From: Basidiobolus meristosporus CBS 931.73
Taxonomy: Eukaryota; Fungi; Basidiobolomycota
DNA: 64,000 nucleotides
Assembly: GCA_002104905.1 (NCBI GenBank)
Contig: MCFE01000274.1
Span: 1-64,000 of the forward strand
Direction of reading: 5' to 3'
The position numbers and the translations under genes were made by a program. A model generated the notes under the pieces. It saw nothing but the letters and a program-made list of their open reading frames with translations. It was not told the origin of the DNA and did not search any database. Below, piece by piece: positions 51,375 to 64,000 of this stretch (the stretch's first letter is position 1; the number at the start of each line of letters is the position of its first letter).

Positions 51375-54157
51375 ATGCCGAACACTAGCACCAACAGCAG
51401 CGAGTTGTCCAAACTCAAGGTGGACCTCTCCCCCGAGGAGATCACCAAGCTCGCCCAGGAGATCGTCGAGCAAACCAAGAAGGTCCACGACGAAGTGGCC
51501 TCCCTCCCCGCGGAGCGGTGCAACTTCGAAAGCGTCTGCAAACGGTTGGCCTTGCTTGAAGGGTGGGCGGAAACCGAGGCCAGCAACTGCACCTTCCCCC
51601 AGTACGTGTTCACCGACAAAGCCGTGCGGGAGGCATCTAGCAACGCCACCGCCGAGATCGAGGTAAACCCGACCCCGTTACTTTTCTCCCACCGCCACCA
51701 ACTCCCCGGCTAAACGTGGGCCACCTTTTGCCTCTGTGATATGTAGAAAGTGGACATCGAGGAGAGCATGCGCGAGGACCTTTACCAGGCGGTCCTCAAC
51801 GCCAAGGCCAAGAAGGAGAAGCTCAACCCAGAGGAGCAACGCCTTCTGGACAAAATGGAGTTGGACTTCAAGAGAAACGGGCTGGCCCTCCCCAAGGAGC
51901 AGAGAGACAAGCTGGCCGAGATCAAGAAGAGAATCTCGGAGCTGCGTATCGAGTTCCAGAAGAACCTAAACGAGGACGACTCCAAGTTGGCCTTCACCGC
52001 CAAAGAACTCCAAGGGGTGAAACCCGAGTTTCTGGTAAGTCCCGGCAAGGCTTACGCTCGGCAAGGGCCCGACTTCTAACCGCGTACTCGTCGTTGTAGG
52101 AGGGACTTGAGAAGGTTGACCCGGTAGAGGCCGGGAAAGAGGAGCAGTACTACGTGTCTACCAAATACCCCGATCTGTTCCCGGTGTTGAAGTACGCCGA
52201 GAACGACGAGGTTCGACACAAGATGGACACCCTGAACGCAACCAAATGCAAACCCAACGTTGCCATATTGGAGGAGGTAAGAGAGGTCCCTTGGATGATC
52301 TAGATACGTGTGGTAACCGTGTGCGATTCTCCCACCTGCACGTTAGGTCATCGAGCTCCGCAAACAGATGGCTGACATCATGGGGTACTCTGACTTCGCC
52401 TCGTTCCGATTGGAGGTGAAGATGGCCAAGGATTCGGCCACCGTGACCGAGTTCTTGGATGACTTGACCGCCAAGTTGAAGCCCATCGCCACCAAAGAGC
52501 TTGAAGAGCTCAAAAACGTCAAGAAGGTATTTCCCGGTGATAGCTACCGCTTAACATCTTTGAAGAGTAACCCATCCCACCCAGGCCGAGAAAGAAGCCC
52601 ACAACCAAGCTTACGATGGCTCCTTCCATAGCTACGACTACTCCTACTACGATCGTATCCAGGTCGAAAGAGACTTCCAAGTAGACGAATCGGAGATCCA
52701 GAAGTACTTCCCAGTGGATCACGTAGTCAAAGGTTACATCCGCAGCATGATCGGCATGGGACTTGCAATAACACATTCCTCCCGATCTAGTGGTGTTCGA
52801 TCTCTACCAGGAAGTGCTGGCCGTCAAGTTCGTCGAGGTTCCTGATGCCAAGGTTTGGCACAGCGACGTGAAGATGTACAAAGTGTTAGGTAAGGCGGGT
52901 GGATCCGTTGGTTGAGCTCGGCGGGGACTAAGCGCGGATTTGATGTAGATGCCAAGACAAACGAGTTGATGGGTAGCTTCTATCTGGATCTTCATCCAAG
53001 GTATGTCGGTGTTTGGCAAACCGTCTCCATCGGGTTTCTAACGTCCCTCGTCAACAGAGAAGGCAAGTATAACCACGCCGCTTGCTTCCCACTGAACCCT
53101 GGATATGAGACTGAGGACGGACAGCGTCAGATGCCGGTCGCCGCCATGGTTGCCAACTTCACCAAACCGTAAATATCCCCATCATCATTGTACACTGAAC
53201 CCTACAGCATCGCTCACCCAATGTGACCCAGCACTGCCACTCGTCCTTCGCTGTTGCGCCACTCGGAGGCAGTTACTTATCTTCACGAGCTTGGCCATGT
53301 GATGCACAACATGTGTGCCAAGACCCAGTTCGCCCGTTTCCACGGCACAAGTGTCGAGGGAGATTTCGTAGAGGCACCCTCTCAGGTAAGGAATCTCGCC
53401 ATGGTCACCGTATTGGATCCCAACTAACCAGCGTTACCGACCAAACCGGGATGGCGAACAGATGCTTGAGAACGTAAGTTGTGCGGAACTTGATGTCGTG
53501 GGCCCAACTCTAACCGAGTCTCTATTCGCAGTGGTGCTGGGAGACTGATGTATTGAAGCGGTTGTCTTCCCACCATGAAACCAAGGAGCCCATCGGGCAG
53601 GAGCTGATTGACAGGATGCTGGCGGCCAAGAATCACAACGCCGGCCTGTTCAACCTTCGACAGATCTTCTTCGGCAAGTTCGACATGATCTGCCACACCT
53701 CCAAAGGTAGGTCGATGATTTGGTGAATGCTTGGTGCCGAGCTGACCGAGTGATTGATCTAGACAAGATTGACACCACCAAGTTGTGGAACGAGTTGAAA
53801 CCCGAGATTTCTCTCGTCCCAGCCAATCCTGATGGATATCCAGCCGCCTCCTACGCCCACATCATTGCCGGCTACGAAGCTGGCTACTATGTAAGCGATT
53901 CCCATGAGCAATCACATGCTTCCTCTCTTGATTGACCACTTGTGCAATTGCAGGGCTATCTGTACTCGCTCGTGTTCTCCACCGATATGTTCTACACTCG
54001 CTTCAAGAAGGAGGGACTCTTCGCCTCCAAGGCTGGCTTGGAGTATCGCAGCAAGATCCTTCAGCCTGGAGGCTCCCGTGACGCCCAGGATATGTTGCTC
54101 GACTTCATTGGTAGAAAATTCAACCAAGAAGCCTTCTTGAAATCCATCGGCTTATAA
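51375..54157 (+). CDS. PRD1: M3A metallo-oligopeptidase (thimet oligopeptidase/saccharolysin-like), about 13 exons
   Basis: [10 protein letters not shown] zinc motif, [36 protein letters not shown]; GT-AG introns of ~57-85 bp. Confidence 0.93.
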
Positions 54158-54396
54158 ATAGTTTATTTAATCAAATTAATAAATCAACTCCCCCCCCCAT
54201 TTCACGTGATCCATGAACCAGATAGTCCCTTGGCATACATACATACCCGATGGTACGGACCATCATCCTCGAGTGATCCACATCAGCCGATCGGCCCGAT
54301 GGATCTTCGTCACGGGTAGTCAGGATGGGAACCTTTTTAAATGGATTCCCAGCGGGAATTTTGGGCAGAATCCCTTCTTGTATCCACCCAGTCAAC

Positions 54397-55470
54397 ATGT
54401 CACACATCGAAGCAGCAAACCAAGCCATCGAAAAAATCAAGCAGTTCGGCAACTCTCTTGATGGCTGGACCTTCCACTCCGAGAACAAGGGTATCAAAAT
54501 CTACACCCAAGAGAAAGAGAAGGGCGCCATGCCGGCTGTTCGCGGCGAAGGCATCCTCGAAGGATACTCCGTTCACCAGATCGCAGCGGTTGCCGAGTCC
54601 ATCGGTTGCAGGCCTTTGTGTAAGTAGCCTCCCGCTTTACCCCCGAGACACCTCCCCGGGTTTTAGTAACCAGATGTGTATTCTTTAGGGGACGGAAGAT
54701 TCGGTGGGGCTGAGAGAATCGAATTCTTGGAGGATACCACTTTCGTCTTCTGGAACCTGAACAAGGGAACCTGGCCTGTTTCGTGAGTGGTCTATTCGGT
54801 TGGGAATGTGTCAGTTTCTCCGGACTTACCCTCACCCTCCTCCTTTTCACCTCTAGGGATCGCGACCTTTGCGGTGTCTGCAAATACGAAACCTCTCCCG
54901 AAGGTGTCTATTACAGCGGTCTTACTTCCGTGGTGGACTCCCGTGTTCCCGAGAAGAAGGGGGCCGTCAGAGCCGATTTGCATATTGGCGGTTGGATCAT
55001 CCAGAAAGAAGGGGAGAACTCGGTCAAAGCCACATACATCATCGATATCGATCTTAAAGGTAACACACACACCACCTCCTCGGGACAGCATTGGCCGGTA
55101 CTCATTCCTCCTTCCCCTAGGCTCCATCCCCGGACCTATTGTCCGCAAAGTGAGTGTCGATACACCCTTGTGCGTCGCTTACGTCTTCGATTTCCTCAAG
55201 AAGTATGGCAACCCACCCTACTTGACCGGCCTCAAGGGTCACATCGAGAAAGAGAACTTCGTGCCCAAGGAAGGAAAATACGAAATCCAGGTGAAATCCG
55301 CCACATGCAAGGAACTCACCGTGGTTGTAGATAGCGAGAAAATGTACCCCAAGGGATGGAACATCCGCGTGTCACCCGAAACCGGGGCAGTGGTGGAGAT
55401 TTCAGACAAGTTGGCCCATGTGAAATTCCTGGAGGATCAAGAGTATACCTTGACCGTTACCAGAAAGTAG
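54397..55470 (+). CDS. START-domain lipid-binding protein, 4 exons
   Basis: GWTFHSENKGIKIY, WDGRF, GTWPVSSRD, GGWII, ATYIIDIDLKGSIP pattern; introns ~54622-54688, 54785-54857, 55060-55119. Confidence 0.8.
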
Positions 55471-55741
55471 AGCCACCCTGGTGGTCTTTTGAAGTGAATT
55501 TTGTGGCATTGAATGCTCGTGCATAGAGCTCATGAGCAACCCCCCCCCCTCTCACCACCATTTCGAGCATTAAACTTTTTTCGTGAACATGACGTCAATT
55601 CGGTCGAGCGTTTGGTTTATTGGAGATAAGGATGACGATGGAAGGGAGTCTAACGGGTTAGCCAGATATCTATATTTTGGAATGTTGGGATCACATGTAC
55701 AAGCACAAAGATGGAAGGGAAATCTACAAGGACATCCAATC

Positions 55742-56446
55742 TTAGCAAGCCAAGTCCTCCAGGGTCAGGATGAATTCGAACTCCTCCTTTTTCACCGGTT
55801 GTACGGAGAGTCGGCCTCTGTTGATGAGCGCCATCTGCGATAGCTCTGCAGCTTTGTAGCTTTGCAGTTCCTTGAGTGATATGAACCTTTTTAGAGTTCT
55901 CGCATACTTCACGTCGACCATATACCATTTGGGCTTCTCTGGGTCGGATTTTGGATCGTAGTAAGGATGCTTGGGATCAAAAGCCGTGTGGTCCACGTGA
56001 CCCCCCTTGACTATTGTTGCTAGACCAGCTATTCCGGGAGTCTTGCAGTTGCTGTGATAGAAGAGCACACGATCACCAACCTTCATCTGATCTCGAAGAA
56101 TGTTCCGCGCCTCGTAGTTCCGCACACCTTCCCAGCTTGAAGTCTGTTCGGGGCAGGCCTGTAAATCGTCGATGCTGAATTTAACATCAATCCCCTTGAC
56201 TAGTCGTGAGTTGGGCTCGGCCTTCATAAGCCAATATCTACACTCAGGCGTCTGGGTCGTCCCGTCTGTAGTTGGGCCATCAGCTGGGTTTGAGGACTCG
56301 AGTTTTTTGGTCCGGGTTCGTTTGGCCGGCTTTTCCTCCCCAGAGTTGCTTCTTTTCAAGCCAGAAGAAGCCAAAGGTTGGGTTTTTAAGGGCTGGCTTT
56401 GTTGGCGGCGAGTGGAGCGTCTTGGTAGCTCTTCATCAATCGACAT
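55742..56446 (-). CDS. THYN1: EVE-domain protein (THY28/THYN1 orthologue)
   Basis: YWLMKAEP, FSIDDL, WEGVRNYEARN, GDRVLFYHSNC, YYDPKS, LINRGRLSVQPV. Confidence 0.93.
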   Translation of the reverse strand: MSIDEELPRRSTRRQQSQPLKTQPLASSGLKRSNSGEEKPAKRTRTKKLESSNPADGPTTDGTTQTPECRYWLMKAEPNSRLVKGIDVKFSIDDLQACPEQTSSWEGVRNYEARNILRDQMKVGDRVLFYHSNCKTPGIAGLATIVKGGHVDHTAFDPKHPYYDPKSDPEKPKWYMVDVKYARTLKRFISLKELQSYKAAELSQMALINRGRLSVQPVKKEEFEFILTLEDLAC

Positions 56447-56708
56447 GATAGTAATCGGATAGGAAACGTGGATCCACTCACAAGAAATACATACTTGTTT
56501 GTTTTCATCAAGTCAACCAATCGCATCCATTGACCAATCGTATCAAGGAGCTCAAACAAAGTCACATTCTAAAAAGGTCAAAATCGATGGCGGTGCACGT
56601 CGTTTGACAATGCAAGAGGACATGAAGCAAGGTTTGAGGTCTCTACACTTCATAAAGAGGTAAGGTTCGGTCACATCCTTCCTGATTTTAGAATTTAGAG
56701 CAAAGACA

Positions 56709-57158
56709 ATGCCCTGGTGCTTTTGTGCCAACGACCCGAAGGAGGACTCACTGATGCAAGGCCGAGGCATCTTCGTAGCGTTGCGCAATTTCCCCTCGGA
56801 CCAAGAGAAGCAGAAAAGCTCATTTAGCAAGAATTCTCCACTATGCTTCTCCAAAGGCGACAGGATCCAATTGGTCGAGAATCATGGCAAGTACATGGTG
56901 GGCTATGTCGAGAGCGACCCGTCCAAGACACTGGGGTGGTTTCCCAGTGATGCACTGGAATTTATCAGTCAGAACAACCCTTTAGCGAACCCAATGAGTG
57001 CCGGCAAGCTTCAGGGTCACTATCTTAACGAGATTGTTGTAGAGCCGCTATCGCTAGAGATGTTCCGGTTCGACTTCAAGGCGGGTTCGGGGGGAAAGGA
57101 GGAGGCCAGATGTAACGAGGCTCCACCATGTATACCCGCCAAAGTCCTAATGCAGTAA
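56709..57158 (+). CDS. Small SH3-domain protein; possible upstream exon from 56610
   Basis: FVALRNF...LCFSKGDRIQLV...GWFPSDAL fits SH3. Confidence 0.65.
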   Translation: MPWCFCANDPKEDSLMQGRGIFVALRNFPSDQEKQKSSFSKNSPLCFSKGDRIQLVENHGKYMVGYVESDPSKTLGWFPSDALEFISQNNPLANPMSAGKLQGHYLNEIVVEPLSLEMFRFDFKAGSGGKEEARCNEAPPCIPAKVLMQ

Positions 57159-58084
57159 AGACTTATGTAACTAATGTAATATATTTCCAACCATTCTTCT
57201 AGGAAGTCGCTTTATATTCGGTATTCTAAAAATAAACAGTCTTGCATGCTCCTCTTATTGGTGATCAATTGCAATTTGGTTTGTGCTACACCGTTGATAT
57301 GAACTGTTGTACATTTTAACTATTGGATACGTTGTTTCTCACCCTGCGACAAGGTGTGGGTTGGAGGTTGGTAGCTCGTGGCTCGAGGTGGAGGAAACTT
57401 TAATTGCCAGATCTCGATCGCCTTGACTGGGGTGATATCACATTACATTGCTTCATAAGAGGGATTGCAAGCTCGTGTGGACAATTCATTTCTGCCAGGC
57501 ATATGCACTGATGTTGCTTCGGCCAGACAGACACTCCGGATGTATTAAGGTAGAGGCAATGGGGGAGGTGACACAGGCCAAGCAGGAGGTGATCCTTAAA
57601 AGTCTTAATTTCTGGCTCGACGGTTCAAATTAGCCCATTTACTAGTCAACTGAATTGGAGAAAGCATAATTAAACCACACTCACCATTCTCCAACCGTCA
57701 TCTCATCATCCCCTTCCCTACTGAACAACCCCCCCCCCAGAAAAATCTGCGCTACATTCCACACAGTAGTGCAGTAATGCGTGGAACCGGTAAAAAATCT
57801 TAGGGTGAATGTCGATTTCGTTATATCTCGTCTCTTGTTCGTTTCGTCAGCTCCAAACCATCCTTTCTCTCTCGTTTGCCAGGTCCCCAATTTACCCCTC
57901 CCTTCCAGATATTCACCTCAGCTGAGCTGAGCTGAATCCTTGAGATTTCCACTTTACCCATTTCCACCCACGGTTGCAGAAATCCCCTCCCCACACCCAA
58001 CCCCTAGTCTACCGGTTAGCCTTATACTGCTCCGACGCTTCTTTACCTAGTGTTGGTTAGTCCAGAGTATTTCGCATCTTTGCA

Positions 58085-61000
58085 ATGCTTCAACCGGACA
58101 CTCCATTCATCAATCTGGAGCCGTGCACACCACGGGAGTTTTCCGACTCTGATGACGAGCTGTCGGAGTCCGGACAAAGCTTCGAGATGGAGCTGACCGA
58201 GTTCCCAGGTTACTCGGAGGTTTCCTCCAGTCAAAATACCCCGCAACCTTCAGTCAAGCGATTCCGAAGCTTTTCGGCCAGTAAGCTGGCCATACCAGTC
58301 AAGTTCTCCGCAGAGGCCCAGATCCGAGAGCTGGAGGCCAAGCTGGTGGAGAAAGAGAACGAGGTGTTGTTGGCGGCGGATATCGGCCAGGTCTTATTGA
58401 AAGAGATCGATAGCTTAAAACATAAAGTGGCCGCCTACGAGCATAGCAAGCCCGCTGACGATCTTAGCCAGGAAATCGAAATCAACAACACTGAAACGGT
58501 GCAGAAGCTTCGTTCGTTTCGTGTGGAGGCGGAGATATATACCTCCTCCTTCAAGGAAAAAACCCCCAAGATCCCTGGAAGTCCTTACACCCCTGGGCGT
58601 CGAATGGATCGCTCGGGAACTCCAGGTCTATTGCCCATCAACGAAAATGACCCTGATCTGACGGTGCTTCCACCCTCAGCATTGTTGCCTAGCAAGAATA
58701 GCACCAGCACGTTGCATAGTGAGATTAGCAAAGCGGTTGAGTCCGGAGAGAACCTGATGAAGCTCTCGAGGCAACTGCAGACCAAGCTGCTCGATGCCGA
58801 AAGGGAATCGCTCAATCTCGCTGAACGATGCTCTGAACAGGACCGCCAAATTGCCGCATTGAAGATCCAGGTAGCTCGTGGCGCTGAGAATGAAGGTAAG
58901 CGATGGAATTCCTCGGATTTCCAAAATGGTCGGGATAATTTAGATTTTGCCTTTTTATAGCCAAATCCCAGGAGAATACCTGGAATCTAGAACTCCAAAA
59001 TCAAGAGCTTCAAACCCAGGTGGATGAGCTGGAGCAGGTGGTACAGAAAGTGACCAGTGATCAGGGGAGACTTCAGGAGTCGCTTCTGGTAGCTCGGGAA
59101 ACGATCGATCAGCTAAATCTCAAAGAAGAGAAGCTGAACCAAACTCTGGAACGAACCAAAACTCGCCACGAGCAGGAGATCATCGGGATTCGAAAGATGA
59201 TCGGTAATCTCCAACGAGAAAAGGCGGAGCTCAGCAAAAAGAATGAGGAACTCAAACTTGAACTCTCCGGAAGAACTCAAAGAGCAGGTGGAAGACCATT
59301 GGGTGGCTCTACGCCCATTCTTGAGCCCGCCGCTTCTGGCATAGACTCTCCATTCGAACTATCTGACGCATTTGAGCTCCCTCCTGCCCGCTCGCCGTCC
59401 CCCTCTCCATTTTCTGCCCCTTCCAGTGGTCAGACACTTCAGGTCGAGACATTGACCGGATCCTTAGGGCATGCCCATAGAACCATTGCCAACCTTCGAT
59501 CCTCCCTCCACCGCGAGAAAATCGAGAAGATGGAAATGAAGAAGATGCTGGTTGAATCGCAGGAGACGGTAGAGGCGTTGCAGAGCGAGTTCATGTGGGA
59601 GAGTGAGGATATGGATAAGGTCATGAAGAACGTTCATCGATCAGTCAGAAAGAAGATGCGTCGAAGGAAGACTCACATGCGCCAAGTGGTCACGAAATCT
59701 GAGCTTTTCGGTGATGATGTTGAAGTGGTCGTTGGAAGTCCGGAAGATATACTGAAGGACAGAGCCGATCTTAGTGAAGGGTCGAGTCCCTCCACAGAAG
59801 AGGACTTGTCGGAGTTCTCTATGGATTCCGGAGCAGAGAAGGTTTCTGATAATGAACATCGCCAATCAAGCGACTCCCCGCGGACACCCGTACCTAATAG
59901 ATCAACCACTCCAACTGGTAGTCCTCCAGGTACCATGAAAAAATGGACACCTTCTCGAAACCCCTTAGCCAGACGCTCTACTCTAAATCCCATGCCCAGC
60001 CGCGACTTGCTCAACGAGCTGACAATGTTTGACCGCCAGCCAAAGATCGAGGAGGGCTCGGAAAAGGTGGACATAAGCACCCAGACTACCGAGGCTACAG
60101 ATGGGCATGAGAGCCATGACCAAGGGGTTCAAGTTGAGCTATTGGATTTAGAAACCACACGCGGCTTATGTACTGAGTGTGGCTCAACAGTCGATATCAT
60201 CTATCTCCTATCTTCTAAAGTCGCCGAAGCATCTGCAGTCCTGAGCACGCCTGAAGATCAAGAGGATAATCTGTCGACTCCGGAATCCTTCAAACCAGAC
60301 AGTGCTGCTCCGTCCATGGTCAGCGAAACCCAAGCCTCTACAATACCTCAGAGTATTGTAGATCAACCACTTTTTGAGAATGAGGAGCTAGACCGCGAAA
60401 TTGAAAGCAGCAAGGTGGCGTCGTCTGAACCTCAAGCAAACGAGAGTCGAGCGGGCACATGTACCCTCGAGATGAACAGCGATGTGCTTGAAGTGCCTGT
60501 CGCTGCTGAACTTGAAGAAAATCGCCAAACCATCAATACGGATAGCTTGGAAGTTCAACAGAACGAAGATGCTTCAGCTAACATTTCCAGTGCCCCTCAG
60601 ACAACTGGAGAAAAGGATCTCACTGAGCACTCCAAAGGCCAAAGCCCAAATGTCAGTAACCTCCCTGGGCCCTCACAGAGCACCCGTAAGTCCATTTGCT
60701 TTTGCTAGTACGAGATCCACAATATTGATTTGACCAGTCCCCTTCTTAGACGCAATGGCCAACGTGGAGGCTGAAAGCGATGCGGAAGCAAAACGCATCC
60801 CTACCCGCCCGCTCATGTGGACCGATAGCCCAAAGGTGCGCAAGTCCATTGAAAGCGATCGACAGGCTTTCTATCCATCCGAGACGGACTTGGAAAGCAG
60901 TCAAAGTGCCGAGGTTGAAGACAAAGAGGTGGAAACCACACCGACAAAAGAGCGCCACGTCGCTGCTAGAATATCAGCGGTGAAGCCCCGTACCAGTGTC

Positions 61001-62596
61001 GAGAAGCCAACACTTTCCTCGCCGCTTTCCCGGGAGAACAGTCTGAACCAGTCGATGGTTGACAGTGAGCTGGACGATAGCGATATCCCTGATCACGCCC
61101 TTCACAGGATCTCCCCCCGGATCTCCGCCGTCAAATCCCGTCCATCCCAAGACATCATTCGCGCGGCCATGGACAAGTATGGAAGCCCACTCAAATCGTC
61201 TGGCACCGGGACTGATATCGAGAGCGAAGAAGACCCCGTTGCCATCCAGTTTTCGGAGGTCGCCACGCAGGTCTCCGGAAACAGTGACTCGGAAGCGCCA
61301 CTGCAATGCGACGTAGGCACGCAGACGGATGACATCAGCAAGCTGCATGTTCTTCCTGAATCTAACGGCGGGGTATTTTATTCACCACTGCGCCCGACAA
61401 CCCCACCTCCCCCTGGACTGATTGCGCGCTCCTTGAGTCCAGTTAGAGTGGATCGATCTTCGCTGAGAATAGCTGACGAGGTGGACCTTGGAAAGAATCC
61501 TGAGGTCTACCACCAGGCAGCCAACCACAGGAGACCACCCATTCCAGTGGCCATGCTCTTCGGGGGAACACCCACTCCCCGGGGGGCATCTCAATCCAGA
61601 ACGCTGAGTCACAGACGCCATTCGGATGGAGAATCGGAAGCGGTGATATCGGAGAGTAGCACGAAGCGGTACCAGACTGTCACGTCGTATCCCGGGAGAA
61701 GAACGAAGGAAACCGCCCCCTCGTTCGGTTCGCCAACGGTCTGGCCCAGTCGGCCATTCTCAGCCATTACCCCCAGAGGAATGGACACGTTCTCCTCCTC
61801 AATCACCGACTCCAGCTTCACTGCAGATGAGGAAAGCTGGGGAGACCAGCGTCGTACCTTCTCGGCAGACCCGGCAATCATCCATGCCATCACCCAGGCC
61901 ATGATCGGCAATTTCATGTGGAAGTACACCCGGCGAGTGATCGGGGGCGGGATTAGCGAGAAGAAGCACATGCGGTACTTCTGGATCCACCCTTATGCGA
62001 AGACCATCAACTGGAGTACAGAGCAGCCAGGCCCCGACCGGGTCGTCAACCGAGTCGGTAGCAAATCCAAGTCGGCCTATATCCGATCCATCCGCGTGGT
62101 GCAGGATACCGGATCCACCACGGACCTGACCAGCACCGAGTTCAGTCTGGTCATCCAAACGGCGACCAGGGAGCTGAAGATCAAGGCACTGAAGCGCGAG
62201 AAGCACGATATCTGGCTTCTGGCCCTGACCTATCTGCAAAGTCGTCAGACCATGTCCCCCTCAATCACCCAGAAAAGTCTCCAGAGTCCACAATTAGGCG
62301 AGGCCGACCCGGAGAAAACCCCGCAGAGAAGAACCCTCCTGTCGGTCGCCTCTACGGTGCAAAGCAACTTGTCGCCATTAACTCGCAGTGTCTCCAAGAA
62401 GCATAGTCTCGGGAGATTGTTCAAGAAGCCCAGCAAGTCCACGCTCGCCTCACCAATCCCTGACGTCCGTAAGCTAGAGGAGGAGGAGGATGGCCAGGAT
62501 CTCGAAATGAACGAGGATGTTCGAAAGTGTTGCCACGGTAAACACGACATCGGCAAACTGGATGCCAAGTCCACACTCGGCAGCCACATAATCTAG
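58085..62596 (+). CDS. NUM1: Num1/ApsA/Mcp5 cortical dynein anchor, 3 exons (58085-58895, 58961-60685, 60750-62596)
   Basis: N-terminal coiled coil (LAADIGQVLL, ENTWNLELQ), long low-complexity middle, C-terminal PH domain (IIHAITQAMIGNFMWKYTRR...RYFWIHPY) and CCHGKHDIG motif. Confidence 0.88.
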
Positions 62597-63037
62597 ATAG
62601 GGGGCTCCCGCCGATGGGCACGGCTCCGCCCGACGAACGTCCCATAGACGGGACAAGCAACCGGACTTCCCTTCCAAGCTCCACATCTACTGTAACATAT
62701 AATTGACACCACCCAAATAATATCCCTGATATGCACCAAAATACCGTTTGATCCTCGGGATGGTGAACACAAACCCATTTTGCCCCTTCTAATTTCCCCA
62801 GTTTCCCTAGTTTATTTCTAAAGTATTTCTGATTAAAGATATCCAAACTTTCATGGCCAAGAGGTCGTGTGGTAGAGCGGGTGGCGGGTGCAGTGCAATC
62901 TAATTGGGTGAACGAGCACATGAACCCACATACGCTTCCTTGGAACCGGGTTTTTTATGAATCATTAGTCAAAAAGAAAATGGTCTATTTACAGGAGGGA
63001 GGGTGCTAAGGAAAGGGTGGCAATGGATACTGGGAGA

Positions 63038-64000
63038 TTAGCATGCGGTGTTCGCGTTTCGCACAAACGGGTGGTTCAGAAGCTCCTCGGCGGTAGGTCG
63101 AAGACTCAATTCACTAAGGGAGTTGGTTAGGTTACGCTGCTGGGTACCAAAGGCCACTCAAGACTTACATCTCAAACGTCTTCTTCAGGAAATCCTTGGC
63201 CTCGTCCGATATATTCTCCGGAACATCCGGGGCGATGTTTCTCCCGATCTGCGCGGAGAACCCGGTCAATGGATTGTGGTGGTGAGCATCGGGATGAATC
63301 GAAGTGAAACTTACTTGGAAGATGGCTTGCATCTGGGATGAGGCCGGAAACGGGTGCTCCCCTGTGAACATCTCTATAACTAAGCATCCAAGACTCCTTG
63401 AAGTAGATTAGCACTGCATCCGGTCCATGCTTGTTACGGCTACTTTACCAGATGTCTGCCTTCTTAGTATAGTGCGTATTCTTCACAACCTCTGGAGACA
63501 TCCAAAACACTGACCCTGCGAGGTGGGGTTAGGCCCGAGCATGGCTTGATGTGTGGTGAAGTTAGCATTCGCTTACCCTGAAGGGAGGCTCGAGCATTTG
63601 GCACAGGAGCGTTGATATCCGCTAGTGAGGATTGTCAGCGAAGCTAGAAAGCAACTATACAAACTGCCGAGCTTACATGCTTCAGTCTTCTTGGAGATCC
63701 CGAAATCGGAGATTTTAACACATCCTTTGTTGTCCACCAGAATATTCCCCCCCTTGATGTCTATTGAATCGGTGTAAGTTCAACGTCCGGGCCGAGCAAA
63801 TCTCCCTGCATACCTCTATGGATGATGCCTCTGCCATGAAGGTAATTCAAGCCCATCAGTATCTGTCGAACAAACGAGCGGACCAGAGTCTCTTCAAAGG
63901 CATTGCCGAATTTCTCAAGCAAGGCTGCCACCGATCCGCCAGGCACGTACTCTAGGAAAATGTTGAGGTGCTCCTCATCCATCTGAGAGCCTATTTGAGC
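63038..64000 (-). CDS. STE11: Ste11-like MAP kinase kinase kinase, 3' exons; gene continues beyond the window
   Basis: [86 protein letters not shown]. Confidence 0.88.

Noticed and set aside
58585-62921. Antisense ORFs of 60-166 aa over the Num1 gene
   Set aside because: Expected shadows in GC-richer coding DNA.
1-64000. CRISPR arrays, rRNA, tRNA genes, telomeric repeats or bacterial contamination
   Set aside because: None seen; spliceosomal introns and LTR elements indicate a eukaryotic nuclear origin.

Overview
Eukaryotic DNA, most likely fungal; an early-diverging lineage is plausible but cannot be established from this window. It has two sharply different compartments. Bases 1 to ~50,900 are an AT-rich, almost CpG-free block of nested transposons. 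It holds about 12 LTR copies of one Ty1/copia family with a Ty5-type half-tRNA PBS, and a very young Ty3/gypsy chromovirus (38256-44161: identical-looking LTRs, GAATA TSD, Tf1-like self-priming site, -1 frameshift signal, one nonsense codon in pol) plus a degenerate paralogue. It also holds a full-length PIF/Harbinger-IS5-like DNA transposon (903-4335) with a divergent second ORF and a decayed second copy, many fragments of a two-ORF CACTA-like family, and a candidate MITE. Bases ~51,300-64,000 are GC-richer, CpG-normal and gene-dense. They encode an M3A metallo-oligopeptidase, a START-domain protein, an EVE/THYN1 protein, a small SH3 protein, a Num1/ApsA cortical anchor and the 3' part of a Ste11-like MAPKKK. 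No rRNA, tRNA or CRISPR was seen. All comparisons were made by eye, and coordinates of degenerate fragments are approximate.
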